Origin: Sediminibacterium sp.
Lineage (GTDB): Bacteria > Bacteroidota > Bacteroidia > Chitinophagales > Chitinophagaceae
Direction: 5' to 3'
Assembly: GCA_017983845.1 (NCBI GenBank)
Contig: JAGOAO010000006.1
Span: forward strand, 15,281 to 79,280
Length of the DNA: 64,000 nt
Positions within the stretch are counted from its first letter, which is position 1. Every line of letters begins with the position of its first letter. The notes below the pieces were generated by a model. That model was not told the origin of the DNA and did not search any database. It worked only from the letters and a program-made list of their open reading frames with translations. The position numbers and the translations under genes are program-made. Positions 1-10,400 of the stretch are shown here, piece by piece.

Positions 1-2
1 TG

Positions 3-1046
3 CACGCAGTGGAAGGAATCTTGGGACATTTTGTGCCTGCTATCCCAGTTGGCATTAACGAGTTTAGCTCAAAAGGCATTGCATTTGATCATTATAGATT
101 CACGATGCCTTATATCAATGAATCTATTTTGTTCCATGAATTTGGCTATGACAATGATTATGTAAAAACTAATTTTCTAGAAGCAATAGGAGATGGCCAT
201 TATGCTTTATTGCCTGCATTTAAAACGCAAAGAGCAGTGGAAGCATATTTTGCAAAACAGGTGCAGTCAGAAGCCAATGCAAAATTACAACAGGGTCTAT
301 ATAATTTGATTGCGAATGTAATTTTGATAGATGGAAACAAGCCGCAGGAATACCATTTTAGATTTAATATTGGACATACTAGTTCGTTTCAACATTTGGA
401 TGAAAGAACGAAATATTTATTGAATGAATTGTATGTAGATTATTTTTTCAAAAGACAGGATGCAGCTTGGGAAAAAGAAGCAATGAAGAAATTGCCCATG
501 TTAAAACGTTCAACGAATATGTTGATCTGTGGTGAGGACTTAGGTTTGGTGCCCTCTTGTGTTCCGAATGTGATGTATCAATTAGGTATGTTAAGTTTAG
601 AAGTACAACGTATGCCTAAAGCGACGCACAAAACATTCTTCCATCCTAATGATGCACCTTATTTAAGTGTAGTAACACCTTCTTCACATGATACGAGTAC
701 GGTGAGAGGTTGGTGGGAGGAAGACCGTGCAAAGACGCAGCAATTTTACAACCAAGAAATTGGTCAGTGGGGAGAAGCGCCGATGTATTGTGATGGTTGG
801 ATCAATAAAGCCATTTTATTACAACATTTATATTCACCTGCTATGTGGGCTATTTTCCAGTTGCAGGATTTTATGGGTATTGATGAAGCGATACGTAGAG
901 CGGATCCAAATGAAGAACGCATTAATGTGCCAGCCAATCCTAAACATTATTGGAGGTATAGAATGCATTTAAGTTTAGAGCAATTGATAACTTCTGATCA
1001 GTTTAATCAAGAATGGTTTCATTTGATTAAAGCAAGTGGCAGATAA
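3..1046 (+). CDS. malQ: 4-alpha-glucanotransferase (GH77), C-terminal part; 5' end lies outside the window
   Basis: The frame is open from the window start. GH77 motifs ICGEDLG, SLEVQRMPK, TPSSHDTST and RINVPA...WRYRM are present. Confidence 0.9.
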   Translation, partial: HAVEGILGHFVPAIPVGINEFSSKGIAFDHYRFTMPYINESILFHEFGYDNDYVKTNFLEAIGDGHYALLPAFKTQRAVEAYFAKQVQSEANAKLQQGLYNLIANVILIDGNKPQEYHFRFNIGHTSSFQHLDERTKYLLNELYVDYFFKRQDAAWEKEAMKKLPMLKRSTNMLICGEDLGLVPSCVPNVMYQLGMLSLEVQRMPKATHKTFFHPNDAPYLSVVTPSSHDTSTVRGWWEEDRAKTQQFYNQEIGQWGEAPMYCDGWINKAILLQHLYSPAMWAIFQLQDFMGIDEAIRRADPNEERINVPANPKHYWRYRMHLSLEQLITSDQFNQEWFHLIKASGR

Positions 1047-1097
1047 TTATATTTTGTAGTTAACGATTTTAATTTCCAATCCAATAAACAAAGACAC

Positions 1098-2171
1098 GTG
1101 CAATTAGATTTTTGGGAACAAAGTTTACCTTTTGAATATCCATTCACCATATCCAATGGAAGAACAAAAACGCATCAACATAGTTTGATGGTAAGATTGT
1201 CTATGGGCAATTGGGCTGGCTTTGGAGAAGCACCGGCGATTGTCTATTATAATGTGACAGTGGAGTCTATGATGGAACAATTGGAAAAGCAAAGAAAATT
1301 AATTGAAAAATTTGCCTTAATAGATCCCGAAAGATTCTGGCATTTTTTACATCATCTATTTCCAAACGATCCTTTTTTAGTATGTGCTTTAGATATGGCA
1401 GGTTGGGATTTGTGGGGACAGATGAAAAAACAACCCCTGCATCAATTGTGGAATACAACATGGAAAACAACGGGGGATGTAGTGCCACCAATCTGTGATT
1501 ATACATTGGGTATTGATCCTATCGATAAGATGGTGCAGAAAATGGAAGCGCATCCATGGCCTATCTATAAAGTAAAAGTGGGGACGGACTATGATATTGA
1601 AATGATTACTGCCTTAAGAAAGCATACAGATAAACCTATTCGTGTAGATGCCAATGCAGGATGGACAACAGAGGAGGCGCTTATTAAAATTCCAGCACTT
1701 GCTACTTTAGGAGTTGAATTGGTGGAACAACCATTGGCTAAAGACAATTGGGAAGGGATGGAACAGTTAAAAAAACAATCAAGTTTGCCATTATTCGCAG
1801 ATGAAAGTTGTGTATTTGAAAAAGATGTGGCCACCTGTGCCAATTACTTCCATGGTATCAATATTAAGCTTACAAAATGCAGTGGATTAACACCTGCCTT
1901 GAGAATGGTCACAGAAGCAAAATCATTGGGATTGAAAGTGATGATGGGCAGTATGAATGAATCTGTGATTGGTTCTGCAGCCATTGCGCAATTTTTACCA
2001 CAATTGGATTATGTAGATATGGATGGACCTTTGTTGATGACTCAATTGAATGGAGTAGGGTTAAATTATAGTTTTAACAACCAAAATGGGATGATTCAAC
2101 CATTGATGTATCCAGGCTTAGGTGTTGCTTTTAGAATGCCTTTTGATAAATCAAATAATGAATCCTTTTAA
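1098..2171 (+). CDS. dipeptide epimerase (L-Ala-D/L-Glu epimerase, enolase superfamily)
   Basis: GFGEA N-terminal motif, KVKVG (KxK), metal ligands DAN/EQP/DES, NIKLTK and DMDG; GTG start. Confidence 0.85.
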   Translation: MQLDFWEQSLPFEYPFTISNGRTKTHQHSLMVRLSMGNWAGFGEAPAIVYYNVTVESMMEQLEKQRKLIEKFALIDPERFWHFLHHLFPNDPFLVCALDMAGWDLWGQMKKQPLHQLWNTTWKTTGDVVPPICDYTLGIDPIDKMVQKMEAHPWPIYKVKVGTDYDIEMITALRKHTDKPIRVDANAGWTTEEALIKIPALATLGVELVEQPLAKDNWEGMEQLKKQSSLPLFADESCVFEKDVATCANYFHGINIKLTKCSGLTPALRMVTEAKSLGLKVMMGSMNESVIGSAAIAQFLPQLDYVDMDGPLLMTQLNGVGLNYSFNNQNGMIQPLMYPGLGVAFRMPFDKSNNESF

Positions 2172-2180
2172 TTAACATAC

Positions 2181-2765
2181 ATGACACCAGAGCGCACAGA
2201 GAAATTATTAAAAGTATTGCATCAACGTCAAGCCAATTTAACGGTGATTATGGAAAACGTGCAGGATCCGCATAATATTTCTGCGGTCTTAAGAACCTGT
2301 GATGCGGTAGGTATACAGGAAGTGTATGTATTGAGCACAGAATTACCTAGGTACAAGCATTTTGGTTATAAGAGCAGTAGTAGTGCCATTAAATGGCTGA
2401 CCATTCATGAATACAATGATGTACAAAAATGTGTAGCCGATGTACGTCAAAAGTTTAAAACAATATTAACGACGCATTTATCTAGTGATGCGATTGATTT
2501 ACATGCGATTGATTTTACACAATCTGTTGCGCTAGTTTTTGGCAATGAACATGATGGCGTGTCGGATGAATTGAGAGGTTTAGCAGATGGTAATTTCATT
2601 ATCCCACAAATGGGGATCATTCAAAGTTTAAACATATCGGTGGCCTGCGCTGTAACTATTTATGAAGCGATGCGCCAAAAAAGAAATGCGGGTCATTATG
2701 ATCAGTGCAGTTTGCCTGATGACCAATTAGCACAATTAAAAACAGAATGGGGGTTCGAAGATTAG
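2181..2765 (+). CDS. trmH: SpoU/TrmH-family tRNA (Gm18) 2'-O-methyltransferase
   Basis: SPOUT motifs ENVQDPHNISAVLRTCDA, VFGNEHDG and IPQMGIIQSLNISVA. Confidence 0.8.
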   Translation: MTPERTEKLLKVLHQRQANLTVIMENVQDPHNISAVLRTCDAVGIQEVYVLSTELPRYKHFGYKSSSSAIKWLTIHEYNDVQKCVADVRQKFKTILTTHLSSDAIDLHAIDFTQSVALVFGNEHDGVSDELRGLADGNFIIPQMGIIQSLNISVACAVTIYEAMRQKRNAGHYDQCSLPDDQLAQLKTEWGFED

Positions 2766-2803
2766 ATAAATTGGATTAAACAATTAGACTAATCAATTTC
2801 TTC

Positions 2804-4573
2804 TTACATCTGTTCTGGCACTTCAATACCCAATGCACGCATTGCTTGATTTAAGGTAGCTGCTGTGAGGATGCCTAATTGAATTCTTAAATTTTTCTTG
2901 GCTTCAGATGCTGCATTCGCTATTGAAAGCTCTGCGTAAAAGCTATTGAATAATTTAGCCAAGTTAAAGGCATAGATCGCCAATTTAGAAGGGTCAAGTG
3001 ATTCGGCTGCTTCATTCACTTCTGCAGAGAAATTAGCCAATTCCATTGCCAATGCTTTTTCCAACGGTAATAAATCGGTGCCAATTTGCTGCACTGATGT
3101 GCCCGTTTTTCTTAAGATGCTTTTAATTCTAGCGTGTGTATATTGAATAAATGGACCTGTGAAACCATGAAAGTCAATACTTTCCTCTGGATTGAAAATC
3201 ATCTTTTTCTTTGGATCAACCCTTAATAAAAAGAATTTCAAAGCGCCTAGTCCTATCGTATCATATAATTTTTCTAATTGCTCAGTACTAAAGTCATCTA
3301 CCTTACCCAATGACTCCGTTTTTTCTTTTGCAATTTGAATCATGCCATCTACTAAATCATCTGCATCCACCACGGTGCCTTCTCTGCTTTTCATCTTACC
3401 AGTAGGCAATTCTACCATGCCATAACTTAAATGATAGATCCCGTCTGATGCAGGCAATTGTAGTTTCTGACAAATTAATTTCAATACTTTAAAGTGGTAG
3501 TTTTGTTCGTCACCTACTACATAAATACTCGCGTCGGTATTGAATTCTTTTTGCTTTAATTCCGCCAATCCAATATCCTGTGTAATGTATACAGAAGTGC
3601 CATCTTTTCTGCGCACAATCTTTTCGTCTAAACCTTCTCCTGTTAAATCAATCCAAACAGAGCTATCTTCTTTTTGATAGAATACTTTTTTAGCTAAACC
3701 TTGGTCTACCAAATCCTTTCCTAATAAATAAGTATTGCTTTCGTAGTAGGTTTTTAAAAAGTCAGATCCAATTTTTTTATAAGTCACATCAAAGCCTGCG
3801 TAAACCCATTCGTTCATGCGTTTCCAAAGCTCCATGGTTTCATTGTCTCCTTGTTCCCATTTCAATAACATGGCTTGCGCCGCTTTTTGTATAGGGGCTT
3901 CTTTTTCGGCTTCTTCTTTGGTCATACCACCAGCCACTAAAGCTTCCACTTCGGCTTTATAAGCATCATTGTATTTGACATAATAGTCTCCTACAAAATG
4001 ATCTCCTTTTTGATTGGTTGTTGTTGGTGTTGCACCATTCGCAAATAATTGCCAAGCAATCATACTTTTACAAATATGGATTCCTCTGTCATTCACGATA
4101 CAAGTTTTCACCACTTCGTTTCCTTGTAGTTTTAATATTTCAGCAATACTCCAACCTAAAAAATTATTTCTTAAATGTCCTAAGTGTAAAGGCTTATTGG
4201 TATTAGGGGAGGAGTACTCCACCATAATTTTTCTTGGGTGTGCAGTGGGCGTAATTAATTTAGCCGTATTTGCTGCTTTAAGATAATCCAACCAAAATTG
4301 ATCGCTAATGGTAAAGTTTAAAAAACCTTTGACAATATTAAAATCCGTAATTGTACCTGGCATACTTGCCTTAACTGCAGTGCCTAGTGCATTGCCTAAT
4401 TCGTCTGGACTCTTGCCTAATTGTTTCACAAATGCAAATAATACGATGGTAAAATCTCCCTCAATCTCTGGCTTTGTTGCATTCACTAATACCTGTTCAG
4501 TTTTAATTTGAACTTGATAGATTTCTTGAAGCGCATTCGCAGTAGCCTGCTTTAAATTTTGGATCAATTGCAT
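2804..4573 (-). CDS. argS: arginine--tRNA ligase
   Basis: VEYSSPNTNKPLHLGHLRN (HIGH), YVVGDEQ, KMKSREG and GPFIQYTHARIKSIL motifs. Confidence 0.97.
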   Translation of the reverse strand: MQLIQNLKQATANALQEIYQVQIKTEQVLVNATKPEIEGDFTIVLFAFVKQLGKSPDELGNALGTAVKASMPGTITDFNIVKGFLNFTISDQFWLDYLKAANTAKLITPTAHPRKIMVEYSSPNTNKPLHLGHLRNNFLGWSIAEILKLQGNEVVKTCIVNDRGIHICKSMIAWQLFANGATPTTTNQKGDHFVGDYYVKYNDAYKAEVEALVAGGMTKEEAEKEAPIQKAAQAMLLKWEQGDNETMELWKRMNEWVYAGFDVTYKKIGSDFLKTYYESNTYLLGKDLVDQGLAKKVFYQKEDSSVWIDLTGEGLDEKIVRRKDGTSVYITQDIGLAELKQKEFNTDASIYVVGDEQNYHFKVLKLICQKLQLPASDGIYHLSYGMVELPTGKMKSREGTVVDADDLVDGMIQIAKEKTESLGKVDDFSTEQLEKLYDTIGLGALKFFLLRVDPKKKMIFNPEESIDFHGFTGPFIQYTHARIKSILRKTGTSVQQIGTDLLPLEKALAMELANFSAEVNEAAESLDPSKLAIYAFNLAKLFNSFYAELSIANAASEAKKNLRIQLGILTAATLNQAMRALGIEVPEQM

Positions 4574-4627
4574 AAAATAGTATTACCGTCTGCAAAAGTA
4601 ATTAATTAAGATTACCTTTATGCATAC

Positions 4628-5125
4628 ATGTTGAAACTACACGAATTTATTAGCAAATTAATTCTTGACCTAATTGATGGGGTGTATCCATTATTTAGGA
4701 GGTTCATGCCTTTGCAAACCTTTCGTTATGCAGCCTGTGGTGGGGGGAATACGGTACTAGATATTCTACTCTTTTTTATTGCTTACAATTATATATTAGA
4801 CACGACTCCAGTGTATTTTGGATGGTTGACGATAAGCCCGCATATAGCGTCATTCATGATTAGCTTTACCGTCACATTCCCAATAGGCTTTTATTTAAGT
4901 CGATATGTAGTATTTCAGGAAACCTCAGTACGTAAGACCAAGCAACTCTTCCGTTATTTTATGGTGGTGCTAGGCTGCATCTTTTTAAACTATATCTTTT
5001 TAAAGTTATTCGTAGAAGCTTTGGGCTGGAATGCGACAATGGCGAAGATTGTAACCACCTTTTTTGTGGTCATTTTTAGTTATACGAGCCAAAAGAACTT
5101 CACTTTTAAAAGTACCAAGGCTTAG
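4628..5125 (+). CDS. GtrA-family membrane protein (lipid-linked glycan translocase-like)
   Basis: About four hydrophobic segments; FRYAACGG...DILLF, YLSRYVVF and SYTSQKNFTF patterns typical of the GtrA family. Confidence 0.75.
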   Translation: MLKLHEFISKLILDLIDGVYPLFRRFMPLQTFRYAACGGGNTVLDILLFFIAYNYILDTTPVYFGWLTISPHIASFMISFTVTFPIGFYLSRYVVFQETSVRKTKQLFRYFMVVLGCIFLNYIFLKLFVEALGWNATMAKIVTTFFVVIFSYTSQKNFTFKSTKA

Positions 5126-5229
5126 TTTAACTGCCTTTTCTTCCCCTTTTTCCCCTTTTTTATGCCATTTCAGTCTCATTTCGAGCTTGCTCTACTGACA
5201 TTTATGCCATTTTTGCCAATTCGACATTA

Positions 5230-5245
5230 TGGCATAAAGATTGAA
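5230..5245 (+). promoter_or_regulatory. candidate sigma-54-type -24/-12 promoter of dnaK
   Basis: TGGCAT-AAAGA-TTGAA matches the TGGCAC-N5-TTGCW spacing, ending 36 nt before the dnaK ATG. Confidence 0.45.
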
Positions 5246-5281
5246 CTATAGGTTTCAATTAATCATTGAAAATCAATCATT

Positions 5282-7186
5282 ATGGGAAAAATTATAGGAA
5301 TTGACTTAGGTACCACAAATAGTTGCGTATCTGTTATGGAAGGTGGTGAGCCAGTAGTAATTGCGAATGACGAGGGTAGAAGAACCACGCCATCGGTAGT
5401 AGCCTTCTTGAAAAATGGAGAGCGTAAAGTAGGTGATCCAGCAAAAAGACAAGCGATCACGAATCCAGAAAACACCATCTCTAGTGTGAAGCGTTTTATG
5501 GGTCGTCGTTTCAATGAAGTTTCAAGTGAATTAAGCTTGGCTAGTTACAAAGTAGTTAAAGGTGATAACGATACAGTACGTGTTCAAATTGAAGACCGTA
5601 TGTATACACCACAAGAAATTTCTGCAATGGTTTTGCAAAAGATGAAAAAAACTGCAGAAGATTATTTAGGTGCTGAAGTAACTGATGCTGTCATTACTGT
5701 ACCTGCTTATTTTAACGATGCACAAAGACAAGCAACTAAAGAAGCGGGTGAGATTGCAGGTTTGAATGTTCGCAGAATTGTGAATGAACCAACTGCAGCT
5801 GCATTGGCTTATGGTTTAGATAAAAAGAATGTAGAGCAAAAAATTGCTGTATTCGATTTAGGTGGTGGTACTTTTGATATCTCTGTCCTTGATTTAGGGG
5901 ATGGTGTATTCGAAGTAAAATCTACCAATGGTGATACACATTTAGGTGGTGATGACTTTGATAAAGTAATCATGGATTTCTTAGCAGATGAATTTAAAAA
6001 TCAAGAAGCAATTGACTTAAGAAAAGATCCAATGGCTTTACAACGTTTAAAAGAAGCAGCAGAAAAAGCAAAAGTGGAATTGAGTTCTTCTTCTGAAACA
6101 GAAATCAATTTGCCATACATCACAGCGGTAGATGGTGTTCCAAAGCACTTAGTATTAAAATTAACAAGAGCAAAATTTGAATCACTTGCAGATAGTTTAT
6201 TCGCACGTTGTTTGAAGCCATGTGAAGCTGCATTGAAAGATGCAGGTTACACAACATCTCAAATTGATGAAGTGATCTTAGTAGGTGGTTCTTCAAGAAT
6301 TCCTAAAGTACAAGAAATTGTAGAGAAGTTTTTTGGAAAGAAACCAAACCGTTCAGTGAATCCAGATGAGGTGGTTGCAATTGGTGCAGGTATCCAAGGT
6401 GGTGTATTGACAGGAGATGTAAAAGATGTATTGTTATTAGACGTTACACCTTTGAACTTAGGTATTGAAACAATGGGTGGTGTGATGACAACAATGATTG
6501 CATCTAACACAACCATCCCAACTAAGAAAACAGAAATCTATTCTACAGCAAGTGATAACCAACCTGGTGTACAGATTCATGTAATTCAAGGAGAGCGTCC
6601 AATGGCTGCTCAAAATAAAAGCTTAGGTATGTTTAACTTGGATGGTATTCCACCAGCACCAAGAGGCGTACCTCAAATTGAAGTGACTTTTGATATTGAC
6701 GCTAACGGTATCTTAAACGTAAGCGCAAAAGACAAAGGAACAGGTAAAGAGCAAAAAATCAGAATCGAAGCAGGTAGTGGTTTGACTAAGGAAGAAATCG
6801 AAAAGATGAAAGCCGAAGCAAAAGCAAACGAAGCTTCTGACAAGATTGAGAAAGAAAGAGTAGAGAAGTTGAACGAAGCGGATAGCTTGATTTTCCAAAC
6901 TGAGAAGCAATTAAAAGAGTTTGGAGACAAGATCCCAGCAGATAAAAAAGCACCAATAGAGACAGCTTTAGAAACTTTAAAAGTAGCTCATCAGGCACAA
7001 GATATCACGCAAGTGAATGCTGCTTTGGAAGCTATGAACGCTGCTTGGACTGCTGCAAGTGAAGATATTTACAAGGCACAACAAGAAGGTGGTGCTGGCG
7101 CTCAAGGACCAGATGCAGGCGCTCAGGCTGGTGGACAAGCTTCAAATGATACAGTTGAAGATGCACAATTTGAGGAAGTAAAGTAA
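5282..7186 (+). CDS. dnaK: molecular chaperone DnaK (Hsp70)
   Basis: [38 protein letters not shown] and LVGGSSRIP; C-terminus ends EDAQFEEVK. Confidence 0.99.
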   Translation: MGKIIGIDLGTTNSCVSVMEGGEPVVIANDEGRRTTPSVVAFLKNGERKVGDPAKRQAITNPENTISSVKRFMGRRFNEVSSELSLASYKVVKGDNDTVRVQIEDRMYTPQEISAMVLQKMKKTAEDYLGAEVTDAVITVPAYFNDAQRQATKEAGEIAGLNVRRIVNEPTAAALAYGLDKKNVEQKIAVFDLGGGTFDISVLDLGDGVFEVKSTNGDTHLGGDDFDKVIMDFLADEFKNQEAIDLRKDPMALQRLKEAAEKAKVELSSSSETEINLPYITAVDGVPKHLVLKLTRAKFESLADSLFARCLKPCEAALKDAGYTTSQIDEVILVGGSSRIPKVQEIVEKFFGKKPNRSVNPDEVVAIGAGIQGGVLTGDVKDVLLLDVTPLNLGIETMGGVMTTMIASNTTIPTKKTEIYSTASDNQPGVQIHVIQGERPMAAQNKSLGMFNLDGIPPAPRGVPQIEVTFDIDANGILNVSAKDKGTGKEQKIRIEAGSGLTKEEIEKMKAEAKANEASDKIEKERVEKLNEADSLIFQTEKQLKEFGDKIPADKKAPIETALETLKVAHQAQDITQVNAALEAMNAAWTAASEDIYKAQQEGGAGAQGPDAGAQAGGQASNDTVEDAQFEEVK

Positions 7187-7211
7187 GATTTACCCCTAAA
7201 AGTTGAATATT

Positions 7212-7247
7212 AAAGCCCTTTCTGTTATACAGAAGGGGCTTTTTTTG
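7212..7247 (+). terminator. Rho-independent terminator of dnaK
   Basis: AAAGCCCTTTCTGT-TAT-ACAGAAGGGGCTTT hairpin followed by a T run. Confidence 0.85.
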
Positions 7248-7425
7248 TTCATATATTATTCACAATTTTTTACTCTATGATTGATTTTCAATTGATTAGA
7301 GTCAATTTGAATGTACTATATTAAAAATTTTTTAATATAAGACATATTTCTAAGCATATCATTGGTTATAGTATTTATTCTAGATGACTTATATGATATA
7401 TTCGCGGGCACTTAATATATCATAT

Positions 7426-10400
7426 ATGTTGAATTTGAATTTTTTTAAGAAATTGAATGATCAAATTTCTTTATCTAAAAAAACTATTGTTTTTGCCTTA
7501 TTGTTAGTTTTTTCTTTTACCTCTTTTAACTCCCAAGGTCAAGTGAGTTTAACTTTTTCGAATGGTTATCTTGGTACCCAAAACTCAGCTGTCCAAAGTA
7601 CCAGTAATATTAAAAATTTCGCTTCTCTTGGAATTGCCAGGGTTAGTTTTGGACAGTCATATTCCGGAACTTTTGGTGGAACCCAGGGTAATGACCTTGC
7701 AGGGGTTATCAAATTCTATCTGACATCTGGGAGGGTGATCTCCTTAAATGGGGCATTGAACTGGAGAGAGACGACTGGTAATACTGTTGAAGTATTTGGT
7801 TTAATCATTGATGCTGGCCAAAATGCAACTATTACATATGGTTCAAATCAAACTTATAATATTGTTGGTGGAAGCACAGGTGGTTCAAGTACAAGTATTG
7901 GTCTTAGATCTTATACTTCTTCTTTAGCATTTACTGACGGTGAAAGTCGCAATGGTAATGCAGCAACTTCAGGTATCATTGCTAATTTCAATACAGAACT
8001 TGCAAATACACCTCAACCTTCTTCAATATCACTAACCAATTCAAGTGTGATAGAAGGTCAAAATTTAGTGTATACAGTCACATTGAGTACTGCTACGACT
8101 GCTAACCGTCCTCAAGTGTATACTTTTAATACTTCAGGTATTGCAATTAAAGGAACAGATTATAATGGAACTTATACTTTTTCAAATGGTGTAGTGGATA
8201 ATGGAGATGGCACTATTACAGTGCCTGGATCTATTAGTAGTTTTACAATTACTGTAAATACAACTGACGATTTAATTGTAGAAAATATTGAAAATTTATA
8301 CGTTTACGTTGGTAGTAAAGTTGGCTTAGGGTCTATTGCGGATAATGACAATTCAAGTATTGCAAATTGTGATCCGAATAGTTTGTACGATAACATCGTA
8401 AGCGGATACCATCAATCCATTGCAAAAAAGAGTGATGGTACTTTTGCAGTATGGGGAGGTTTGATGGCTAGTAATGGGTCATCTTATAAATTAACGCCTA
8501 CAACAATAAATTCAATTAATTATCCTGGTCTTGTTGGCACACCATTAAAAACAGCTCTAGCAGGAGCTGCAAGTAGTTCTAATTCACAAGCTATTTTATT
8601 AACAACTGATGGATTGTATGCATGGGGTTCAGAATCTAATGTATTAGATGATGCTTTAACTTCTTCTGATGCCTTTGCAAAAATCATCACCCCAACAGGT
8701 GGTGATGCATCTACTAAATTACCAACTGGTGTTACTCCGGGATCGGTAAAGATGATGGTTGCGTTTTACAAAACATTAGTGTTGGTTACAAATGCAGGTA
8801 ATGTATGGGTTTTGACTCAAGTAAATGGAGAATTAAGAGGTGTTGGGTCAAATGCTGGAGCCTCAACAACATGGAATAAAGTAAAAATAAATTCAAATAC
8901 TGACTTATCGAATGTAATTTCTGTTAGAGGAATGGTCGATGATGCCAATTACAATGCTTTAATGGCATTAACGGCTGATGGTAAGGCATATGTATGGGGA
9001 AAAACAGTTTATTTGGCAGATGGAAATGGGGTTGTTACAAAAAATTATGCAACGCAAATGGTTTTGCCAACAGAATTTAATGAAACGAACCTTCCTAAAA
9101 TGATAGCAGTAACTGGAGGAAATAAAACTTCTAGTTTAACTTGTAATAATACATTTTATATTTTATCTAATGGTGGTAGTTTGTACGCAGTTGGAGATAA
9201 CCAAAAAAAGCAAATAGGTGACTTTACAACTACAGAAAGAAAAATATGGACACGAGTAAAAATAAATTCAACAACTGATTTTACAAATATCAATTATATT
9301 TCTGCAATGGAGAGCGATCCGTCGGATCCAGCTGTTGTAGCAATTACCAAGGCAGGAGTTTTATATACTTGGGGCTTCAATCCAAGAAATATGATTGGTC
9401 GTCCAACTGCTAACATTGCTTACGACCCAGGTGTTCCAGCGGGTTTTTTACAAGGAACGGATAAGGCAATTTTTGCTGAAATGGGTGGACATACTTTAGT
9501 ATATATTAAAGAGGGTAGTACACAGTTTTGTTATGTGGGACATAGAGTAGATGGTTCAATGGGAGACGGAACAAATACAGATGCTGATGAAGTAGCCTTT
9601 AACTGTTCAGGAACGCCTTCTTTAGCTGTTTGTGGATCGGTGCCAGTTGCTGCATCTACAACAACATCAACTATCACAGCTAATCCAACTAGTATAGCAG
9701 CAAATGGTATCACAACTTCTATCATTACTGTTCAATTAAAGCAAACGAACGGAACTAATTTAACATCTACAGGTGGTACCGTTGTGATCACAACAAATAA
9801 AGGAACTATTAGTAATGTTACAGATAACAATGATGGAACCTATACTGCTATATTAACAAGTTCAACATTTGTTGAAGCAGCTACATTAAATTATACATTG
9901 AATGGGGTGAATGGCACCAATAATGCATCTGTTAACTTCACTGCAGCAACCAATCCTGTTTTAACAGCTACTGGAACTTTGAAAACATTCACTTCATGTT
10001 CTGGTTGTACAGTTGCTCCACAAAGCTTTACAGTTTCTGGTGTAGATTTATCAACAAATAACATAGTAGTCACTGCGCCAACAGGATTTCAAGTTTCTAC
10101 AAATGTAAATAGTGGATTTGCTACAAGTATTAATATAGCGCCAACATCTGGTACGGTTACAACAACTACAGTTTATACTAAATTGACTAATAATGCTACA
10201 ACAGTTGCAAGTGGTGTGATCACAGTTGCCTCTACTGGTGCTGCATCAAAAACAGTTACAGTTACTACGAATACAGATAATGCATTGAGTTTTGATGGAA
10301 CAAATGATTTTGTAAATATTCCTGATAATGACGCTTTAGATTTATTAAATGCATTCACCATAGAAGCATGGGTAAATCCATCATCTACTTCAGGTAGTCA

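Noticed and set aside
4628-5125. GtrA gene as a marker of a prophage serotype-conversion cassette
   Set aside because: No GtrB/GtrC or phage genes nearby; it sits between core genes argS and dnaK.
7384-7425. N-terminal extension of the adhesin from ATG 7384 (and similar extensions at 25969, 26003, 28788, 31512, 57760, 60396, 60861)
   Set aside because: These extensions overlap promoter boxes or neighbouring genes; downstream ATGs give family-typical N-termini.
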